Positions 58,294 to 64,000 of a stretch of DNA of 64,000 nt are shown here, piece after piece (positions within the stretch are counted from its first letter, which is position 1; every line of letters begins with the position of its first letter). Both the position numbers and the translations under genes were made by a program. The DNA is taken from the NCBI GenBank assembly GCA_051294375.1, contig CM119263.1, forward strand, positions 31,665,476 through 31,729,475, given 5' to 3'. This DNA comes from Paraspadella gotoi. Taxonomy: Eukaryota; Animalia; Chaetognatha. Below the pieces are notes generated by a model that was not told where the DNA came from, did no database searches, and saw only the letters and a program-made list of their open reading frames with translations.

Positions 58294-58311
58294 TCTCTCT
58301 CCTCTCTCTCT

Positions 58312-58350
<39 letters not shown>

Positions 58351-58542
58351 AATCCAAAACCACTCGTCTCATTAAGAATCAAGAAAAAGCGAAAAAGTGA
58401 AGTGTCTTGCTTATTGCTTAAAGGCGGGGTACACTTATTGCAATGCCCCACTATATGTTAACCTAAAACTTTAAATTTCTATTTTTTTAAAATTATTTTA
58501 TTCTTCGGCATCTCTCTGAAATAAGAGTTCAACAGTTTCCAA

Positions 58543-58645
<103 letters not shown>

Positions 58646-58917
58646 CCTCTCTTGCTCTTCTGCTCGTTTTATCTCTATAAATAAGAAGATTCTGTAATTA
58701 GATATTCAAATGTAATTTACACATTTTTTTCTTTACTTAGTTTTCCTCTGTTTTCATGCGGATTGTGGTGTGCCTTTATCCCTTTAAATTCACTGTGAAT
58801 CTCACACGAACTGAAACTGACCAAAAATCAAAATCCCAAATCAACTCAACTTAAACTGGTTCTTTAGACAGGTGAAATATCCTGAAGAAAGTAGCTTATC
58901 TCTCTCGCTCTCTCTCT

Positions 58918-58981
<64 letters not shown>

Positions 58982-59112
58982 CTTTCTCTCTTTCTCTTCC
59001 TGTCTCCTTTTCTCTCTCTCGCTTTTTTTCTCTCTTTCCAGTTTCCCTAATTCTCTCTCTCACTCTCAACCCCCACACTCGCTTTCTCTCTCTCTCTGTC
59101 TCTCTCTCTCTG

Positions 59113-59148
<36 letters not shown>

Positions 59149-59169
59149 CTCTCCTCTCTCTTCTCTCTC

Positions 59170-59225
<56 letters not shown>

Positions 59226-60033
59226 ACAAAATCTTTTACGATCTTTCCTGTGTTTTAATCTTTCTCTTCCTCTCATTTCATTTAAATTTCTCTTCCTTCT
59301 CTTATCAATAGAAAATAACTTTTATTCTTTCTATTGTAGAGTTTTTTAGTTCACTGTAACCTTTTATTTTCTTTTCCTCCCTTTTCCTTTGTATCACCTC
59401 CTTTTTCCTTACTTTTCCTTTCTTTTCTTTTTCCTTTGTATCCCCTCCTTTTTCCTTCCTTTTCCTTCCTTTCTTTTTTCCTTTGTATCACTTTCTTTTT
59501 CTTTCACTTCATTTCTTTCCTTTTTCCTTTGTATAACCTACTTTTTCCTCCCTTTTCCGTTCTTTCCTTTTTCCTTTGTATCACCTCCTTTTTCCTCCCT
59601 TTTACTTTCTTTTATTTTTCCTTTGCATCACCTCCTTTTTCTATCTTTTCCTTTTTTCCTTTTTCCTTTGTATCTCCTCCTTTTTCATCCCTTTTCCTTT
59701 CTTTCTTTTTTTCCTCCCATCTCGTGCAACGCACCTTCTCAACATGTTTTCCTCCATTTTCCTCTTCCTCCTCCTCCTCCTCATCCTCCTCAAACGCGTG
59801 TCCTGAATTCTTCTCCTCTTCCTAAATTCGCTCTTCCTCCTCTGCCTGCATAACCCTGTACTCTTCCTCCTCACCCATTTTTCTCTTCTTCCTCTTCCCC
59901 CTCTACCTTATTAACGTTAGATTCTTCCTCCTCTTTTCTTTTCTTCTTCTTCTTCCTCCTTCACCATAACAGAATCTACGAGTTCTTTCAGGTTGTCCTC
60001 AATCTCATGGCTGACTCTCTCTCCCTCTCCTCT

Positions 60034-60072
<39 letters not shown>

Positions 60073-61679
60073 CGACGCTATGGAACCAACGACGCCGGCT
60101 CACGTTTCTCTGCCTTCGTATTTTATTTTATTTTTATCTCTCACGTTTTTTCTCTCTTTTCTTTGTTTTATCTTTCATTTCTATCGGAATATTAAAATGA
60201 ATTAACTACGAAATATTAAAAGGAATTAACTACGAATGAACAACCGAAAACGAGAGATATAAAATCTTTTAAATTTGGATTTTTTTTAATTAGATTTTTA
60301 ATTTTGATGTTAATTTTTTTATATAATATTTGGTACGTTAAACCAGTGATGTTATAAGTTCTTAGTACTAGATTTTATAATTTATGTTGTATATTGTTGC
60401 TAATATCTTCTCATAATCATTAATCAAACATATCAAAACTATATAAAATTAAAAAAATAAACTTCATCTATTGTGGATTGTAGTGTTTTTTATTTTTCAA
60501 TTTTTTTTGCGACGACAGAAACAGAAACGAAAATTTAATATTTCTAAAAATGTTTTAAAAATAAATTAAAATGACAAATCATAATCATTAATGAGTCACA
60601 CTCTAAAGGACATATTAATAATCGTCGTGATGAATTTTTCTTCATCGTACTAGATGATTTAAATGTGATTATCGTATGGAGTTTACCTAAAATAACTGAA
60701 CTGCTTTTTACATAAAAATCTGATTAGCTTATCGCGAACCAAAAAGAGTGGTAATTTTCTCTCGATTCTACATAAAAATATAAAATTAACTCATTTGGAC
60801 GAAGGACAGGCTAAGATGGTTTAAGGACTCTTTAGCGAAACCCTGCAGTTTTGCCCCTGACTTTGCCCCTGACTTTGGACAGGCTTTGATGGTTTAAGGA
60901 CTCCATCACTCTTACAAGACAATGCCATAGCAGGACCCTGCAAGGTTTCAATCAAGGCTCTCTCGCAGACTCGTTTATTCACTCCCAGAATACCTGGCTT
61001 CCCTATCAATGAAATGGTATAATATTTCAAAGAATGTTTCAATTGTATTAAAGGAACACTCCCATAGGTATTAGGTATATAATTCACTTTTCAATTACAA
61101 TCCATTACCCATTACCATTTTTGCCATCATTTATCACTTTATTACAATTTCACTTCATCACTTATTCACTTTATCACTTATTCACTTTATTACTCCAGCG
61201 ATCTTTCAAATCCAAGTTGTCATCTAATCTTCAGCACCTGGCAACGATTTTGGCATCTGGCATCGATCTTGGCATCTGTCATCAATCTTGGCGTCAGTCG
61301 AAAATCCTCAACACGTTCAAAGTTCAAGCGCCTCTCTGCAGCGCCTGCCTGCGGCCCCTGCAGCGCCTACAGCGGCGGCGGCGCCTGGGTTTTCATTTCT
61401 TATCTTCACTTCTTTCCTTATTATCTTTTCCTATCTCGTTCTCTTCATCCTTTCTTCTCTTGCTCTTTTCCTATCTTTATATTATTTTTCTACTTCTCTT
61501 TTATTTTTTCTTCTCTCTCCCCATATCTATTTTTTTCTTTCACTTTTCCTATCTTTTTCTTATCTTTTCTACTTCTCTTCTCTTTTTTCTTCTCTCTGCC
61601 CATATTTCTTTTCTTTTCTGCTTCATTTCTTCTTCCACGAAAACAGATGATCATCACAGTTGGCGTGAGTCTTTCGTTT

Positions 61680-61780
61680 GACGTGACCCATGGGCGTGAC
61701 CCATTGGCGCGACCTGTTGGCGTGACACATTGGCGCGACATGTTGGCGTGACCCGTTGGCGTGACCCATTGGCGTGACCG
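61680..61780. repeat. ~14-bp tandem repeat (GGCGTGACCCATT)n; mirror copy at 54838-54935
   Basis: Direct inspection. Confidence 0.85.
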
Positions 61781-62175
61781 ATTGAAGTTTGATGTTTGAC
61801 ACAACACAATATCATTGCCCTTGATTCAATTTTATTCGGTTCATTTGTCTCTTGTTTGCAATTGTCATTGACGATCGCTTCCATTAGCAATAGCTCTGTC
61901 TCTGTCTCGCTCTTCGCTTCCTCTCTGTCTCGCTCTTCGCTCTTTCTATCTCAGCATGAGCCGTTTTAATCAAGCATACCATCATCAGGCTTATCATTCT
62001 TTCTCTTCTGTCTCTCTTTCTGTCTATCTTTTTCTCTATTTCTTTTCTCCATTGGGCTCTTTCTGTATTTTTAGAATTAAAATTTTTAAGTGAAAAAAAA
62101 ACAATAAAAGAATAAACTTAGTAGAGAAAAGCAAACTTTTTATAATGTTTTACAACGAATTTATTTGAAATAGAT

Positions 62176-62217
62176 ACGGACATGTTTCGGCTTGTTATTT
62201 CAAGCCTTCATCAGCGT
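62176..62217 (-). ncRNA. Minimal type I hammerhead ribozyme (Penelope-type)
   Basis: Reverse complement identical to 62483-62524. Confidence 0.8.
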
Positions 62218-62482
62218 TTGACAATTTGAAATACAATTTTAACATAAGAAGAGTGAGTGAGAGAGAGAGAGAAAGAGAGAGAGTAAAAGTGTTCCAACAA
62301 AGTGATGAGACAGGATAGTGGTCAGATTTGAGGACAGGTTGAAGGTGAGGTGGGGTGAGTTGTGAAAAGAAGTGAAACTTGTTAGATAGAGAGAGAACCT
62401 AGGCAATGTTAGAAAACTTTTACCCTCTCTCTCTCTTTCTCTCACACTCTTCTTATGCACAAATTTTATTTCAAATTGTCAA

Positions 62483-62524
62483 ACGCTGATGAAGGCTTGA
62501 AATAACAAGCCGAAACATGTCCGT
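62483..62524 (+). ncRNA. Minimal type I hammerhead ribozyme (Penelope-type)
   Basis: Stem I ACG/CGT, core CTGATGA (62486-62492), stem II GGCTTG/CAAGCC, GAAA (62512-62515), palindromic ACATGT stem III, GTC cleavage triplet ending at 62521. Confidence 0.8.
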
Positions 62525-62769
62525 ATCTATTTAAAATAAATTCGTTGTAAAACATAAAACTTTGCTTTTCTCTACTAACAAACAAACAACGAAAAAAGAA
62601 AGGATTATTACATCAAGAAAAAACTTTAAAAAAAATAAAAGAAGAGAAAGAAAATGAAAAAATAAAAAAATTGTGTAACTTTTTTGAATTAATCTTGATT
62701 TGGGTTTTAAAGTCGCTCAACGATTTTTTGTTCCATTTAAAGGAAAAAATAGAGAAAATTTGTGACGTC

Positions 62770-62930
62770 AAACTGATGTTAAAATGATGTTAAACTGATG
62801 TTAAAAATGATGTTAAAATGATGTTAAAAATGATTTCAAAATGATGTTAAAATGATGTTAAAATGATGTTTAAAATAATGTTAAAATGATGTTAAAATGA
62901 TGTTAAAATGTTGTTAAAAATGTTTTAAAT
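62770..62930. repeat. 11-bp tandem repeat (AAAATGATGTT)n
   Basis: Direct inspection. Confidence 0.9.
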
Positions 62931-64000
62931 GACTTCAAAAAATTTATTCTAGAATTCGATTTCTATTATGCTTAAACTTTTTTGATTGATAACTTAAACC
63001 AAATTTCAATTTTAGCTAAAATGTCCTCTTCCCTCTCTTTTCTATTCTCTCTATCCTCTTTCCTCTCTCTTCTCTCTTTTCTATTCCCTCTCTTTCCTCT
63101 CAATCCTTTTTCCTCTCTCTTCTCTCTTTTCTCGTCCCTCTGTATCTTCTCTTTCCTCTTCCTTCTCTTTTCTCTTTTTTCTATCTCCTCTCTATCCTCT
63201 TCCCTCTCTCTTTTCTTTCCTCTTTCCTCTCTCTCTTCTCTCTTTTCTATTCTCTCTTTCTCATCTCAATCCTCTTTTCTCTCTCTCCTCTCTATCTTCT
63301 TCCCTCTCTCTCATCTCTATCCTCTTCCCTCTCTCTCTCGTCTCTATCATATTACCTCTCTCACTTCTCTATTCTCTTCCCTCTCTCTCCTCTCTCTCCA
63401 TTTCCTCTTCTCCATTTATCTCCTCAATTCCTAAACCTGTTTTGTATCGATTCGACTCGAATCTAAATGTTTTGATGTTGAATTGAAAAAAATGATTGGA
63501 TAAAGTATGAAATGATTAAATGTAGTGGAAAATGTTTAAATGAGCAATAAAAATAACATAAAATAGTAAAAAAAGTTTTGATCCATTCTTGAGTAATTGG
63601 CGTTCAAAGCTAAAGGGGACGAACGGACAGGCAGACTGACCGACAAAGTGAATTGTCGAGCCGGGATATGCTGTAATCAGATCCAGCTAATAATTATGTC
63701 AAAAACATTGAGAAATAACATTATAATTAGTTTTACGACCAACCTGGAAAGCCTGTTTCTTGTTTTTAGTCGGATCTGCTTGTCAGCAGATTCCGACTCT
63801 ATAATTAACTTTGTCGGTCCGTCGGTCCCACCCCAAATTCTTGTCGGTATATCATTTTTATCATATCAGAAACTAGAATTATGATAAATTATGCAAAAAA
63901 ATAATGTCTGTCTGTCTGTCTGTCCGTCTGTCCGTCTGTCCGTCTGTCCCTATTTTGAATGGGATTTTGGATGCCAAATCCAGAAAAGGAACAATACCTT

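Larger units (their letters stand above)
62119..62577. mobile_element. Miniature Penelope-type element: two inverted ~175-bp pLTR-like arms, each with a hammerhead, around a ~108-bp core (mirror copy ~54045-54498)
   Basis: Arms 62119-62299 and 62407-62577 are reverse complements; each reads (TC)n, then hammerhead, then an AT-rich end, the same layout as the pLTRs at 35227/36176. Confidence 0.75.

Noticed and set aside
61199-61390. GC-rich candidate exon after TTACTCCAG (mirror at ~55210-55405)
   Set aside because: Two open frames, indel disagreement between the mirror copies, and no recognisable motif

Overview
Repeat-rich, AT-rich eukaryotic (invertebrate metazoan) DNA, full of (GA)n and (GAC)n microsatellites, so most ORFs in the supplied track are spurious. 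By splicing exons by hand I support three protein-coding genes. (1) The first five coding exons of a G-protein alpha-o subunit (minus strand, 3035->1762, continuing beyond the window start). (2) A two-exon secreted cysteine-rich prepropeptide (621-1132, +) nested antisense in a G-alpha-o intron. (3) A ~17-exon QRICH2/C16orf96 (DUF4795) family gene (minus strand, 42958->29282). Mobile DNA includes three miniature LTR (TRIM-like) elements sharing a TGGTGAG primer-binding site, two with tRNA-like cassettes inside their LTRs. There are also solo LTRs, one pair of which fills almost a whole intron, a Penelope-like element inserted in a CAC-ended foldback element, a mini-Penelope-type element with two minimal hammerhead ribozymes, several MITEs and a Tc1/mariner remnant. 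Three 25-N gaps, a 2.8-kb poly-T, a 4.3-kb-arm palindrome and two near-identical duplications are probably assembly artefacts. All homology calls are from memory of the families; no database search was run.
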